64,000 nucleotides of DNA. Source: Candidatus Zhuqueibacterota bacterium (GTDB lineage: Bacteria; Zhuqueibacterota; Zhuqueibacteria; Thermofontimicrobiales; Thermofontimicrobiaceae). The notes beneath the pieces were generated by a model. The model searched no databases, was not told the origin of the DNA, and was given only the letters and a program-made list of their open reading frames with translations. Each line of letters opens with the position of its first letter. Position 1 is the stretch's first letter. The stretch is from positions 64,001 through 128,000 of the forward strand of contig JBMOPW010000044.1 in the NCBI GenBank assembly GCA_049322915.1, given 5' to 3'. This document shows positions 49,543-60,071 of this stretch, in pieces. The translations under genes and the position numbers were made by a program.

Positions 49543-51345
49543 ATGAAAAATTTGAAAAAGCAATTCATCCAGTCTTTTGTCATCGGCGCGGCGCTGCTCG
49601 CCGGCATAGTTATTTTAGTCAACATGATTTTTGATAATATCAATATTGGTCGTTTCGATCTGACAGCCAACCAGATGTTCAATATCTCCCCATCAGTCGA
49701 GAAGATTTTGAGCGATCTGGAAGCGCCGATTGATCTGACCTATTACGTATCTTCATCGGAAAAAATGCCGACGCAGTGGAAAAACCTGGAGCGGGATGTC
49801 ATTGATAAATTGAAGGAATTGAAACTCGCCTCCAAAGGAAAACTGAATTACACAGTCTTTGATCCATCGGTTGAGGAAGAGAAGGAAGCCTTTGAAGAGG
49901 CAAAGCAGGAAGAAGGAAAAGACGTTCTGGGTCAGGATCAAAAATCCCAGATCACCCGGAAGAAAATTGCAGAGCAACTCTATGAACGCGGCGTAATTCC
50001 TTTTGGAGTGCAAAGCGCCCAGCGCGATGAGTTTGCTGTCAAACGCGTCTACTCCTCCATTGTGCTTTCGTACCTGGATCGCAAAGAGGACGTTATCGCT
50101 GAGGTTCGGCCGGAGACATTCGGGAATCTCGAGTATGAAATCATGACCCGAATTTATAAACTGATTTCCAATAAGCGACCGCGGTTGGCATTTTATCCCG
50201 GCAAACCGGAAGCGCCGCAATATCAGCAGTATTACCAGCAGGGGCCGCCGCCGGACATGTACGAATTTGCCGTGCAATTGCTCAAAGAATCAGGCTACGA
50301 TGTGGTGCGTACGAACATCACCCGGGATGATCCCATTCCCGAGGGCATTCAAACCATGGTGCTGATGATCGATGAATATTTGAACGAGCGACAGCTCTAT
50401 GAAATCGATAAGCTGGTTCATAAAGGCGTGCGGGTGATTCTGGCCGGACAGCAGTACAATTACCGCATCGCTCCATCGCGCAACAACCCAGGCCAGTTCG
50501 ATCTGGTCGGAATGCCATCGCGGTTGAATATGAACAAGCTCACCAAGAATTGGGGCTTTGAACTGGATCAATCAATGTTCATGGATAAAAGCACCGCGTA
50601 CATTCAGGTGCCGGTGTATCAGACCCGCAAAATGGGATTTTTCCAGATACAGGAGCAGCGGTATGAACCGGTGACAAAGCCTGTGATCATCAAAGTCAAT
50701 GCTGAAAACATCAATTCCGATCTATCCATTTCCAATAAAATATCGGAGCTGTTTTATATGTACGGCGGGCGCTTGCTCGTCAATGAAGATGCAATGAAAG
50801 AGCAGAAGCTGAACGCGCGGACGCTATTCACATCGAGCAATGTGAGCTGGACGCGCGAGGGTCATGGCTACGGCCCGATAAATGAAGCGCCGCCGGCAGA
50901 GGAAGACCTGCTGAGACATCAGCCGCTGGGAATACTGGTCGAGGGCAAATTCAAACCCACGTATGTGGATCAGAATATTCCGAAATGGCAGGCGCAGCCA
51001 GGCCCGGATGCCGATGCGGCTTCAACGGCAGATCCTGAGCTCCCATCCGAAATAGTCGGCGATCCCAGAGAGACCAAGATCATTGCCATGGGCTGTTCCA
51101 ATATGTTCAAGAGCGATGTGCTGCAATCTGTGAACAGCCATAAGTTCCTGTTGCTCAACAGCGTGGATGCGCTCACGCTGGGCGATGAACTGATCAATAT
51201 TCGTTCTAAAAATATTTCGGCTCGCACGATTAAAACAACCAGCAGCGTTGGAAAAGCAATGGCCAAAGCCTTTGTTGTCTGGTTCCCACCGCTGGTGTTC
51301 GTCGCGCTTGGAATTTTCATTACAATCAAACGGAAGAAAGAATAG
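49543..51345 (+). CDS. GldG-family ABC auxiliary protein
   Basis: N-terminal TM, RFDLTANQMFNIS, LEYEI...I, LLNSVD.L....LINIRSK, C-terminal TM. Confidence 0.88.
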   Translation: MKNLKKQFIQSFVIGAALLAGIVILVNMIFDNINIGRFDLTANQMFNISPSVEKILSDLEAPIDLTYYVSSSEKMPTQWKNLERDVIDKLKELKLASKGKLNYTVFDPSVEEEKEAFEEAKQEEGKDVLGQDQKSQITRKKIAEQLYERGVIPFGVQSAQRDEFAVKRVYSSIVLSYLDRKEDVIAEVRPETFGNLEYEIMTRIYKLISNKRPRLAFYPGKPEAPQYQQYYQQGPPPDMYEFAVQLLKESGYDVVRTNITRDDPIPEGIQTMVLMIDEYLNERQLYEIDKLVHKGVRVILAGQQYNYRIAPSRNNPGQFDLVGMPSRLNMNKLTKNWGFELDQSMFMDKSTAYIQVPVYQTRKMGFFQIQEQRYEPVTKPVIIKVNAENINSDLSISNKISELFYMYGGRLLVNEDAMKEQKLNARTLFTSSNVSWTREGHGYGPINEAPPAEEDLLRHQPLGILVEGKFKPTYVDQNIPKWQAQPGPDADAASTADPELPSEIVGDPRETKIIAMGCSNMFKSDVLQSVNSHKFLLLNSVDALTLGDELINIRSKNISARTIKTTSSVGKAMAKAFVVWFPPLVFVALGIFITIKRKKE

Positions 51346-51412
51346 ATACGCATCATAATACAAAGTATAATTTTTCCAAAAGTTATGTGAATCATTTAAG
51401 AGGGACTGTTCA

Positions 51413-52474
51413 ATGAAAGAAAAACATCTGTATATTTTGGCCGGTGTTTTTGTATTCTTGTTGATTATACAATTTGTAACAAAGCCCAGGCACACCAGCG
51501 TCAATCTGGATGATTTTGTTCAGAGCATCCTCATTGGCGTGTCCAGGGATGATGTGCGCAATATTGAAATCTACAAACAAATAGCCGGAAAAGAAGCCCT
51601 CCAGATGCAATTCGCCCGGGTTGAAGACAAATGGTTCATCCCGACGTACTTCAATTGCAAGGCGCAGAAAAGCCGCATCGACCAATTGCTGGATAATCTG
51701 ATCGAAATGACCGGCAAGGTGCGGTCTTCAGATCCCAAGCATTTCGAAAAATATCTCATCTCGGATGAACAGGGAATTCATCTCATTCTGAAGGACGAAG
51801 CCGATAAGCCGCTGGCGAATTTGATACTCGGGAAAAAGGGCGAGGACGCAAACACCGGATTTGTACGTTTTGGCGGAAAAGAGAAAGTCTATTTTGTGGA
51901 CAAAAACATCCTGTCCCAGCTTGGCATTTACGGCGAAATTGATACCGTATCAGTTTTCAAATACAGCTCTTTCGTGGATTTGCAGGCTGTCGATGAAAAC
52001 GAGGTCAACTATGCCATGGTCGGGTTGGTCGCCAATGGCAAACAGATGGTATTGAAGAAAAATGAAAAACAGGTGGAAGTGACCAATGCCGACTCGACAA
52101 AGTCGACGAAAACCGAATATGAATGGGTGCTGCTGGAAGGGCGGATGAAAGAAAAGGCGCTCGATAAAAAAGAGGTAGCCAACTTTTTCCGCGATGTCAC
52201 CAAAATCCGGGGCACGGAAATCGTTGACCGCATTGGCAACACCCTGGGCGACTTGAACAAGAGCGCCCGGTATGGTTTCTCCCGCGCCAGCAATCAGATC
52301 GTTTTTGTGGATGCGGAGAACAACCAGAAAAACATCATCTTTGGCAAAGAATATGAAAAAGACAAGGGCTATTACATGAACATCCGCGAAGATGGATTGA
52401 TTTACAAAGTCAGCAAAAGCACCTACGATAAAATCTTCAAATGGATGGAAGACTTGCCAAAGAAAAAAGTATGA
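51413..52474 (+). CDS. DUF4340-domain protein
   Basis: N-terminal TM, duplicated LILGK/IIFGK...Y.V units; usual fourth gene of GldAFG operons. Confidence 0.8.
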   Translation: MKEKHLYILAGVFVFLLIIQFVTKPRHTSVNLDDFVQSILIGVSRDDVRNIEIYKQIAGKEALQMQFARVEDKWFIPTYFNCKAQKSRIDQLLDNLIEMTGKVRSSDPKHFEKYLISDEQGIHLILKDEADKPLANLILGKKGEDANTGFVRFGGKEKVYFVDKNILSQLGIYGEIDTVSVFKYSSFVDLQAVDENEVNYAMVGLVANGKQMVLKKNEKQVEVTNADSTKSTKTEYEWVLLEGRMKEKALDKKEVANFFRDVTKIRGTEIVDRIGNTLGDLNKSARYGFSRASNQIVFVDAENNQKNIIFGKEYEKDKGYYMNIREDGLIYKVSKSTYDKIFKWMEDLPKKKV

Positions 52475-52498
52475 TCCCATCGAAATAAATTCAATGAG

Positions 52499-52532
52499 AA
52501 AGCCATGTTGATATTTCAGCATGGCTTTTTTT
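52499..52532 (+). terminator. Intrinsic terminator
   Basis: AAAGCCATGTTGA/TCAGCATGGCTTT plus T-run. Confidence 0.85.
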
Positions 52533-52535
52533 ATA

Positions 52536-52606
52536 TTGCATTCTGCGAATATTTTTTCTATGTTATGCCTAACGAGACTGAACCTTTATTTCTTTCGGGC
52601 TGTCTT
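52536..52606 (+). promoter_or_regulatory. Tandem sigma70 and ECF-type promoters
   Basis: TTGCAT-17-TATGTT (52536-52564) and TGAACC...GTCT (AAC-N18-GTC). Confidence 0.5.
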
Positions 52607-52687
52607 CTCATTTCAATTGTCATACCACCCACCAGGTATTCAAATTTGTTTTTCGAATTAGCTTCTCTATAATTTTGGAGGCTTGCA

Positions 52688-55600
52688 ATGAAAAAACTTA
52701 CGATTGCCACTTTAATTATTTTGATTGGAAGCGGTGTTTCCCTGTCTCAGGCGCAAAAAAGGTTGGCGATTTTACAGCCAACTGAGCCGGGGAAGGTGAG
52801 CCGGGCTATCCCAATTGCCCAGGAAGAAGTTGACGATAAAGAACAATTGTTGAAAAAACTGGCCCAGGCGAAAATGCAATTTGCAGCGACTTCCGATGAT
52901 GCAATTTTCAGGGATTATAAAGGTGATAGCCTCAGTTTCTCGGTCAACGATACCGGCTTTGTTTATTTCGATCCCGGTGTTCCGTGCCGAATAAAGGAGA
53001 TTGGGCTGTTCACCCAAAAAGTAAACAATAAAATGGGAGATGGCTATTTTCTTTGGATCAAAAATTCCAACTGGCATGCGGATACGCCGCCGGACAGCAT
53101 CGATGAAAAAGGCTGGGCCGGCGTATGGAATGAGCACAAATCGTGGGAACCAAGTGACTGGGGAATTTACCCGACCGGGGCAGTGTTGTGGGGTGAATTC
53201 CCTGTCACTGCATTGGATGGCGGATGGTCATGGACGACTATGGAATGGCTGGGATATGAACCAGATGTGGGTTTGGATGATTTTTGTGTTGTCTTTTCTC
53301 CGTATGGCGATCCTGCTTATAAAACCGGCTTTCTGGCCAGCGATTCGTCCCAGTCGATGGAGCATCATACCTGGAAATACTTTCATCCGGCCAATGCAAT
53401 TCCCGGGCCGGACGGCGAGCATTACGGCTGGTTCCATCTCAGCGCCGGCCTGGCAATTTATGCCGTGGTGGAATATTACGGGATGGTGAACGAGCCGCCA
53501 ACCATTCTCCAGGCGACGCAACTCCGAAACACCCACTCCACTGGCCCATTCACCGTGAAAGCCCAGATTACAGACACCGATGAAGTCGATCCAGACCGCG
53601 CCGGCGTCCAGGCCGCATTCCTTGCCTATAGCACCGACGAAGGAGCGCATTTTGATTCAACGAGAATGAGCGAATCGGAACAGCCAAATTTTTATATTGG
53701 TCAAATTCCTTCGATGCCTTACGATACACAAGTCCACTATTATGTCAGCGCGTTCGATTCCAGCGGTTTGTACAGCCGTAAAACCCTCAATCCCTTCAGC
53801 ATTCAGCTTTTTCGAAAATTATCTATTGGCGAAGTGACCTCCGAAGCAAAAAGTTCGTCCGGCGCCAGTTGGGCTGATTATGACAATGATGGATATTACG
53901 ATCTTCTTGTCACAAACTGGTTCGGCGATAAAAACAGTCTGTTCCGCGGTGGGAGAAACGGCGCGTTCACCAGAATCACCGATTCTGATCTCGTCAATGA
54001 AGCGTTTCAGGCGACGAGCAGCCGCTGGGCCGATTTTGACAACGATGGCGACCTCGATCTATTTGTGACCAATGCCGGCGGCGATAATTCTTTGTATGAA
54101 AATAGAAATAGCGGCTCAAGCTTTTCGCGGATCATGTCCGGCAGCATCGTTCGCGACGGCGGAGCTTCCAATTCCTGCGCCTGGGGCGATTTTGATAATG
54201 ACGGTTTTGTGGATTTGTTTGTCGCCAATGGAAATGGCGAAAACAATTTTCTCTACCGCAACAATCACAATGGCACATTCACGAAAGTGACGGATGGCCC
54301 GGTCGTGAACGACGGCGGCAGTTCCACGGACGGCTGCTGGGGCGATTTCGACTCGGATGGCGATCTGGATTTGTTTGTGACAAACACGAATAACGAGCAT
54401 AATTTTTTATATCGAAATGAGGGACAGGGCGTATTCACTAAAATCAGCGATGGCATAGTCGTCAACGATTTTGGGATGTCCGCCGGGGCCAATTGGGTCG
54501 ATTTTGACAATGACCGGGATTTGGATTTGTTCGTCGTGAATTCGAACCAGCAATTCAATTGTTTGTACAGGAATAACGGCGACGGCGCGTTCACGAAAAT
54601 TACAGATGACATTGTCGTTTCCGACTGGGGCGATTCCCGCGGAAGCGCCTGGGCCGATGTGGACAAAGACGGCGACCTGGATTTGTTCGTCGCCAATGCT
54701 GGAAATCAACATAACTGTTTCTATCTCAATGTGGGAAATGGCGCATTTCAGAAACAGACGTCTTCGGAAATTGCCACTGACTATGGCCAGTCCACCGGCG
54801 TCAGTTGGTGCGACTTCGACCATGATGGGGATTTGGATTTATTCGTGACAAATGATAACGGCGAGACCAACGATTTTTACCAGAACCTGGGAACAGAAAA
54901 TAACTGGATCAATATCAAATTAGTGGGAAGCGAATCCAACCGGGCCGGAATCGGCGCTAAAGTTTTGGTAAAGGCAACCATCGACAGCAGCGAGGCGCGC
55001 TGGCAAAGGCGTGAGGTCTCCGGCCAGGCCAAGTCCAGCCAGAGCTGCATGAACGAAACATTCGGCCTGGGTGTTGCCACGGTTATCGATTCCATCTGCG
55101 TCCAGTGGCCTTCCGGAAAAATTCAGGTTTTGACCGATGTGGCAGTGAATCAGTTTTTAGAAATCAATGAAGCCGAGCCCATTTTCACGCGTGTCACGAG
55201 TGGGAATGTTGTCAACGATGGCGGGCTGTCTCTGGGTTGCAGTTGGGGCGACTACGATGGCGACGGCGACGATGATTTGTACGTTTGCAACGGCAGCAAA
55301 TTCGAAGATCGCCCGAACTTCTTCTACGAAAATAATGGCGACGGCATGTTCACGAGGATTGTTTCAGGTGCGATTGTTGAAGATAACAAGCGAACTTTCG
55401 GCAGCAGTTGGGCCGATTACGATAACGACGGCGACCTGGATTTGTTTGTGACAAATTATTATGGTGGCTACAATGCGCTCTTTACCAATGACGGAAATGG
55501 CAATTTTTCCCTGGTCGGCGGAAAAAAGCTGGCGACCAAAGGCTCCAATAACACGGCGTGCAGTTGGGTGGATTACGATAATGATGGCTTGCTGGACTTA

Positions 55601-57886
55601 TTGGCGACCGGCGTATACAGCCTTTTTGTGCTCCACAATGTGGGCAATGGCACGCTCGTGCCTGTCTCCTCATCTTCAATCTTCAACAATGATGAAGAAT
55701 CCCTGGGGTGCGGTTGGTCGGATTTTGACAATGACCGGGATGTGGATTTGTTCATTGTGAACAGTATGGAACACGATGCGATTTTCAGGAATGAAGGCGC
55801 AGGAATTTTTACGAGGGTAACGAACGGCGTCATTGTCAGTTTACCGACATTCTCAAACGGATGTAGCTGGGGCGATTATGATAACGATGGAAATATAGAT
55901 ATTTTTATTACGTTTGCTTACGGCCATAACAAGCTCTATCGAAACAACGGCTTTGGCGCGTTCACCCCGATCACAAAAGGCCCAATCGTGACAAAATCAC
56001 CGGCGATTTCAACCGGCAGTTGCTGGGGCGATTTCGACAATGACGGAAACCTTGACCTGTTTGTGGCGAATAATGGCAGCAATAATTATTTTTATTTGAA
56101 CCGTGGGGACGGCAATTTCACCGCGCTCGAAAGCGAGGCAGTCGTTTCTGATGGCGGGCTTTCCATGGCCGCGTGCTGCAGCGATGTCGATCTGGATGGC
56201 GACCTGGATTTGTTCGTTTCCAACGGCTCCAACCATGACGACCAAAATAATTTCTTGTACCTCAACAATGGGAATGAAAATAACTGGATTAATATCCGGT
56301 GTATCGGCCAAGTTTCCAACGTCTCGGCCATCGGGGCGAAAGTGAAGGTGATGGCGGAAATTCAGGGCAAACTGCGCTGGCAATACAGGGAAATTTCATC
56401 GCAAACCGGCTATTTGAGCCAGAACAGCCTGGTCGCTCATTTCGGGCTGGGCGCTGCTGAAAAAATCGATTCGGTGGTTGTGGAATGGCCCTCCGGTCTG
56501 GATCAGGTGCTGACCGATATTTCTGTGAACCAGCATGTGACGATTCTGGAAACATCATCCATCTCATCCGTCATCACCGCTGAAATTCCTGTGGTCGCAG
56601 CATTTGCCGGTGATACCATCCTCGTTCCGTTCAATGTCCGGTTACCGGATTATCAGCATGTCCGTTCAGCAGAAATCGAAGTGAACGGTTATTTTGGCAG
56701 CCTGTCCCTTCTGGATGTGACGACCGAAACCAGCCTCACGTGGGACGCCGGGTGGACATGTCAATTTAATGAATCAGATAGTGTGACTTCGGTCTGGCTT
56801 GCCGGCGGTGATGCCATTGCCGGGGCGGGCGCCCTGTTTTATTTCAAATTTTTCGTCCCAACCGACCTGGTCGGCTTTGTACCTATTTCTCTGAAATCTG
56901 CTGTTTTCGACCAGGGTCAAATTCAAGTGATCCGAAGATCCGGCGGCGTGAATGTGTTGCCTCCCATTGTTTATGGCGATGTGGATTTGAACGGCGCCAT
57001 TCAGGCGTTTGACGCGTCGCTTATTCTGCAATATCTCGTCGGGAAAGTCGAATTCACAGGTCAGCAACTATTGAACGCCAACGTCACGATCGATTCAACG
57101 GTTTCTGCGCTGGATGCGACCATGATTTTGAAGTACGGCGTCGGCCTCATTCCTGCTTTGCCGGCTGATTCAGCGGCGTGTGATGCGCCTGCCTCCGGTC
57201 AAATTTTTATGGCTGATCAGGAAGTGACGCAGGGCCAGGCCGTGCAGGTTCCGCTCGTGTTAAGCAACGGCCAGAATATTTTTTCCTTCGAAGGAAAGGT
57301 GAATTTCAATCCGGAATATTTATCACTTCGGGAAATTCAGTGGCCCGAGCCGATGGATAATTTCGCCCTGCAAATGAATGAAGCAAGCGGGGAACTCAAA
57401 ATTTCAGGCGCTGGGGCGCAAAGCACGATGGAATCCGGGCTGTTCGCCAATCTGAATTTTCTAGTGAAAGAAAACCTCGCAGTCGATTCCATCCTTGTCG
57501 CGCTGGAATACCTGCGCTGGAATGAAAATGAACCGGTTCAACATGCTGCCGCGGCGACCCTGTATTTCACGTCTTCAATCGATGAAAAAAATAATGATCT
57601 GCCCCTGACCTATGCGCTGAATCAAAACTACCCGAATCCGTTCAATCAACAAACGACCATTCATTTCTCTTTGAGAGACGCGGACAGAGCGCAGTTGATT
57701 GTTTACGATGAACGCGGCTGTTCCGTGCGAACGCTCGTGGATGAAAATAAATCGGCCGGGAATTACGTTGCGTTTTGGGATGGTAAAAACAACCTCGGTG
57801 AAAGCGTGGCCAGCGGCATGTACATCTGTGTATTGAAAATCGGGAAGAGTGTGCTGCTATCGCGGCGGATGCTGTTGATCAAATGA
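52688..57886 (+). CDS. Secreted protein: N-terminal domains, 2x (7 FG-GAP-like repeats + ASPIC/UnbV), cohesin, dockerin, cohesin, FlgD-Ig/T9SS-type CTD
   Basis: 14 WxDxDxDGDLDL-type repeats; two N.(A/S).IGAKV...FGLG...IDS..V.WPSG domains; YGDVDLNGAIQAFDASLIL dockerin; QNYPNPFN...WDGKN..G..VASG.Y. Confidence 0.88.
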   Translation: MKKLTIATLIILIGSGVSLSQAQKRLAILQPTEPGKVSRAIPIAQEEVDDKEQLLKKLAQAKMQFAATSDDAIFRDYKGDSLSFSVNDTGFVYFDPGVPCRIKEIGLFTQKVNNKMGDGYFLWIKNSNWHADTPPDSIDEKGWAGVWNEHKSWEPSDWGIYPTGAVLWGEFPVTALDGGWSWTTMEWLGYEPDVGLDDFCVVFSPYGDPAYKTGFLASDSSQSMEHHTWKYFHPANAIPGPDGEHYGWFHLSAGLAIYAVVEYYGMVNEPPTILQATQLRNTHSTGPFTVKAQITDTDEVDPDRAGVQAAFLAYSTDEGAHFDSTRMSESEQPNFYIGQIPSMPYDTQVHYYVSAFDSSGLYSRKTLNPFSIQLFRKLSIGEVTSEAKSSSGASWADYDNDGYYDLLVTNWFGDKNSLFRGGRNGAFTRITDSDLVNEAFQATSSRWADFDNDGDLDLFVTNAGGDNSLYENRNSGSSFSRIMSGSIVRDGGASNSCAWGDFDNDGFVDLFVANGNGENNFLYRNNHNGTFTKVTDGPVVNDGGSSTDGCWGDFDSDGDLDLFVTNTNNEHNFLYRNEGQGVFTKISDGIVVNDFGMSAGANWVDFDNDRDLDLFVVNSNQQFNCLYRNNGDGAFTKITDDIVVSDWGDSRGSAWADVDKDGDLDLFVANAGNQHNCFYLNVGNGAFQKQTSSEIATDYGQSTGVSWCDFDHDGDLDLFVTNDNGETNDFYQNLGTENNWINIKLVGSESNRAGIGAKVLVKATIDSSEARWQRREVSGQAKSSQSCMNETFGLGVATVIDSICVQWPSGKIQVLTDVAVNQFLEINEAEPIFTRVTSGNVVNDGGLSLGCSWGDYDGDGDDDLYVCNGSKFEDRPNFFYENNGDGMFTRIVSGAIVEDNKRTFGSSWADYDNDGDLDLFVTNYYGGYNALFTNDGNGNFSLVGGKKLATKGSNNTACSWVDYDNDGLLDLLATGVYSLFVLHNVGNGTLVPVSSSSIFNNDEESLGCGWSDFDNDRDVDLFIVNSMEHDAIFRNEGAGIFTRVTNGVIVSLPTFSNGCSWGDYDNDGNIDIFITFAYGHNKLYRNNGFGAFTPITKGPIVTKSPAISTGSCWGDFDNDGNLDLFVANNGSNNYFYLNRGDGNFTALESEAVVSDGGLSMAACCSDVDLDGDLDLFVSNGSNHDDQNNFLYLNNGNENNWINIRCIGQVSNVSAIGAKVKVMAEIQGKLRWQYREISSQTGYLSQNSLVAHFGLGAAEKIDSVVVEWPSGLDQVLTDISVNQHVTILETSSISSVITAEIPVVAAFAGDTILVPFNVRLPDYQHVRSAEIEVNGYFGSLSLLDVTTETSLTWDAGWTCQFNESDSVTSVWLAGGDAIAGAGALFYFKFFVPTDLVGFVPISLKSAVFDQGQIQVIRRSGGVNVLPPIVYGDVDLNGAIQAFDASLILQYLVGKVEFTGQQLLNANVTIDSTVSALDATMILKYGVGLIPALPADSAACDAPASGQIFMADQEVTQGQAVQVPLVLSNGQNIFSFEGKVNFNPEYLSLREIQWPEPMDNFALQMNEASGELKISGAGAQSTMESGLFANLNFLVKENLAVDSILVALEYLRWNENEPVQHAAAATLYFTSSIDEKNNDLPLTYALNQNYPNPFNQQTTIHFSLRDADRAQLIVYDERGCSVRTLVDENKSAGNYVAFWDGKNNLGESVASGMYICVLKIGKSVLLSRRMLLIK

Positions 57887-58004
57887 TCCTCTCCCAACAT
57901 TAAAAAGAAGGAATATCATCGCATTGGAAATTTACATATTTCTTACTTTTTGTGTTCTTGCAGGAAATAACTGTTTGTCCAACTGGCGTATTCCGCGGGC
58001 TTTT

Positions 58005-58637
58005 TCATTGAATAAACGCCTCGTACATGAAAAGGCCCCCGGTTTCAAATGTCACCTGGCATCCATTTTCTGCAACCACGTTGCTGATGCCAATAAAATA
58101 TGATGGATAATTTTTCTCCGCCAGATTGAATTGAAAGCCGCTGAGCGAGAGTCCTGAAATTGGGCCTAATGAAAAGAAGGACACTGTGCTGCCTTTGACC
58201 ACATTGAGCGCATGATTCCCCGGCCGCAGCAGGGTGAGGCGGCCGAAGTTATCATAAATTTCCACCGGACATGTGCTATTGAATTCCTGCAGAATCAGCA
58301 GGTTGGCAGTCGAGTGGTCTGCCCGTTTCCCCAGGGCTGCCATGACTTTGATGCGCTGTGGCTTGAGCGATGCCGCAAAGTGAAGCGCCTTCTGCATGTC
58401 CGTCGTTTCCTGATCCGGGTCATGAATGATCCTGGCTGATGAGAAAAATTCGCGTTCAAGCCCTGTGGAAGAATCCATATCCCCAATGATGTAATGGGGC
58501 TGAATGTCCGCTGCCCGACAGGATTTTATCCCACCGTCCGTGACAATGATGATGTCTGACTGTTTGATGATTTTCTGCATCAGGCTCGCATGCAGCATTT
58601 CGCCATTGGCGATGATGGCAATGGTATTTCGATTCAC
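58005..58637 (-). CDS. thiN: Thiamine pyrophosphokinase
   Basis: IIANG, TDGG, IGDMDS, DQETTDMQKAL, GKRADH..AN, GISN; GTG start after GGGAG. Confidence 0.9.
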   Translation of the reverse strand: MNRNTIAIIANGEMLHASLMQKIIKQSDIIIVTDGGIKSCRAADIQPHYIIGDMDSSTGLEREFFSSARIIHDPDQETTDMQKALHFAASLKPQRIKVMAALGKRADHSTANLLILQEFNSTCPVEIYDNFGRLTLLRPGNHALNVVKGSTVSFFSLGPISGLSLSGFQFNLAEKNYPSYFIGISNVVAENGCQVTFETGGLFMYEAFIQ

Positions 58638-58750
58638 GTGCAAAGTTCTCCCAATAAAATGTTGACCGGGTCTTGCAACGTTGAACAGCCGGAATCGTTC
58701 ATAGTTCCTGCAATTCACGGGGACGACTCAGAACAGCGCTCTGTTTCACC

Positions 58751-59848
58751 TCATTCGTTTTTTTTGACGGGATCGGTCTCCGCCAATAGCGGATAGTCCA
58801 CCCTGCCCTGGGTCAGATCCGTCCGGCAACTGGGGCAGAAATTCCAGTCCGATTTAATGGGATACTGGCATTGCGGGCAAAATGTTTTGGATACATCGAA
58901 TCCGCAGTAGGGACAGAACGCTTTGGTGCCGTTCAGCTCTTTTTCGCACTGAGGACAAAAAAGCGACTTCGTCGTCTGCGGCCGGGTGAGCAGATAAATG
59001 ATCAATCCGAATGGCCCGGAAATGAGCGCTAAAAACGCCCAGAGGCCGGTGTTTTTGACATCGCGCTGCTGGGAATCGATGTACACCCACGTGGGCAGCA
59101 GGAACCAGAGAAACACGCCGGATAAAAAGAGCAGCACACCCAAAATTGGTTCAAGGACAGAATAGATGTCATTTTTTTCCAATCTATATTTGCTGTAATA
59201 CATTTCATGATTTACGGTATCATCGACCTTCAAATATAAGGTACCGATAATATTTCCTGTTTGGTCTGTAATTGGCGATTTTAAAACGAACCAGCTTACT
59301 TTGGAATGCCACCACTGATCCGGTTTTTGATCGTTATAGTATCGCCACTCGTTAGTCTCGAAATTTGTTTTGCTACTATTATCAAAATCAGAAAAATCAA
59401 TTTGGTCATATTTATTTATTAGTTTTTCTAAAAAATCAAGACGACTCCGATAGTATCCATCAGACTCAATTACATCAAAGTATTTGTCATAAGCCGAAAT
59501 GAGCCTGGCAAATGAAAAAGACGGGACACCGAAAATAAAAGCTCCCTGAGTTTCCATCCACAGATATTTTTTAATCGTATTTACCCGTTGATGTTCCTGT
59601 GTATATTTTGAATCCAGTTCCTGAATGATGAGCTGATCAACCGGATATTTCGTGATTGTCTTTGCAATTTCATCGAGATAATTTTGATTTTCTTCGATTA
59701 ATGCTGAGAAGTGGTCTTCCAGTTTTTGCTGGTGTTTTTTGTAATTCCAATTTCGATAGGGGATAGAGAGAATCAATAGAACAAAAGCAATAAAAAAAAT
59801 GATTCCGGCAATGGAACCAGATTTGTGGATTATTTTTTTTCGTTTCAT
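58751..59848 (-). CDS. Membrane protein: extracytoplasmic domain, PLDc_N-like TM hairpin, double zinc ribbon
   Basis: TM; WVYIDSQQR....WAFL...GPFGLIIYLL.RP; CPQC/FCPYCG/CPQC/FCPSC. Confidence 0.85.
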   Translation of the reverse strand: MKRKKIIHKSGSIAGIIFFIAFVLLILSIPYRNWNYKKHQQKLEDHFSALIEENQNYLDEIAKTITKYPVDQLIIQELDSKYTQEHQRVNTIKKYLWMETQGAFIFGVPSFSFARLISAYDKYFDVIESDGYYRSRLDFLEKLINKYDQIDFSDFDNSSKTNFETNEWRYYNDQKPDQWWHSKVSWFVLKSPITDQTGNIIGTLYLKVDDTVNHEMYYSKYRLEKNDIYSVLEPILGVLLFLSGVFLWFLLPTWVYIDSQQRDVKNTGLWAFLALISGPFGLIIYLLTRPQTTKSLFCPQCEKELNGTKAFCPYCGFDVSKTFCPQCQYPIKSDWNFCPSCRTDLTQGRVDYPLLAETDPVKKNE

Positions 59849-59989
59849 TTTACCCTCGTGTTAGTTAAGATTATTGGGTAGACGCTAACAAGCATTGAAT
59901 GCTTTGATACGTCTGGTGTGATATCTTTCCCAGGTCATTAATGACGTGGCTACTCAATCGAAAAAAATTAAAAGTGAGATAACCTGAAT

Positions 59990-60046
59990 AGCCCCGACTT
60001 TTAAGTCGGGGAACAGAAATTTACCTTTGATTTTAGGCGTTAGCCC
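59990..60046. repeat. REP/IS200-IS605-end-like palindromic element
   Basis: CCCCGACTT-TT-AAGTCGGGG hairpin followed by GGCGTTAGCCC. Confidence 0.55.
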
Positions 60047-60071
60047 CTTATTAGAGTGGACTGATTATAGA

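Noticed and set aside
53870..56220. Regularly spaced nucleotide repeats as a CRISPR array or DGR
   Set aside because: They are degenerate, in-frame FG-GAP-like protein repeats; no cas or reverse transcriptase genes are present
58640..58750. TPP riboswitch upstream of thiN
   Set aside because: No CTGAGA/CCCTTTGAACCTGA-type core visible
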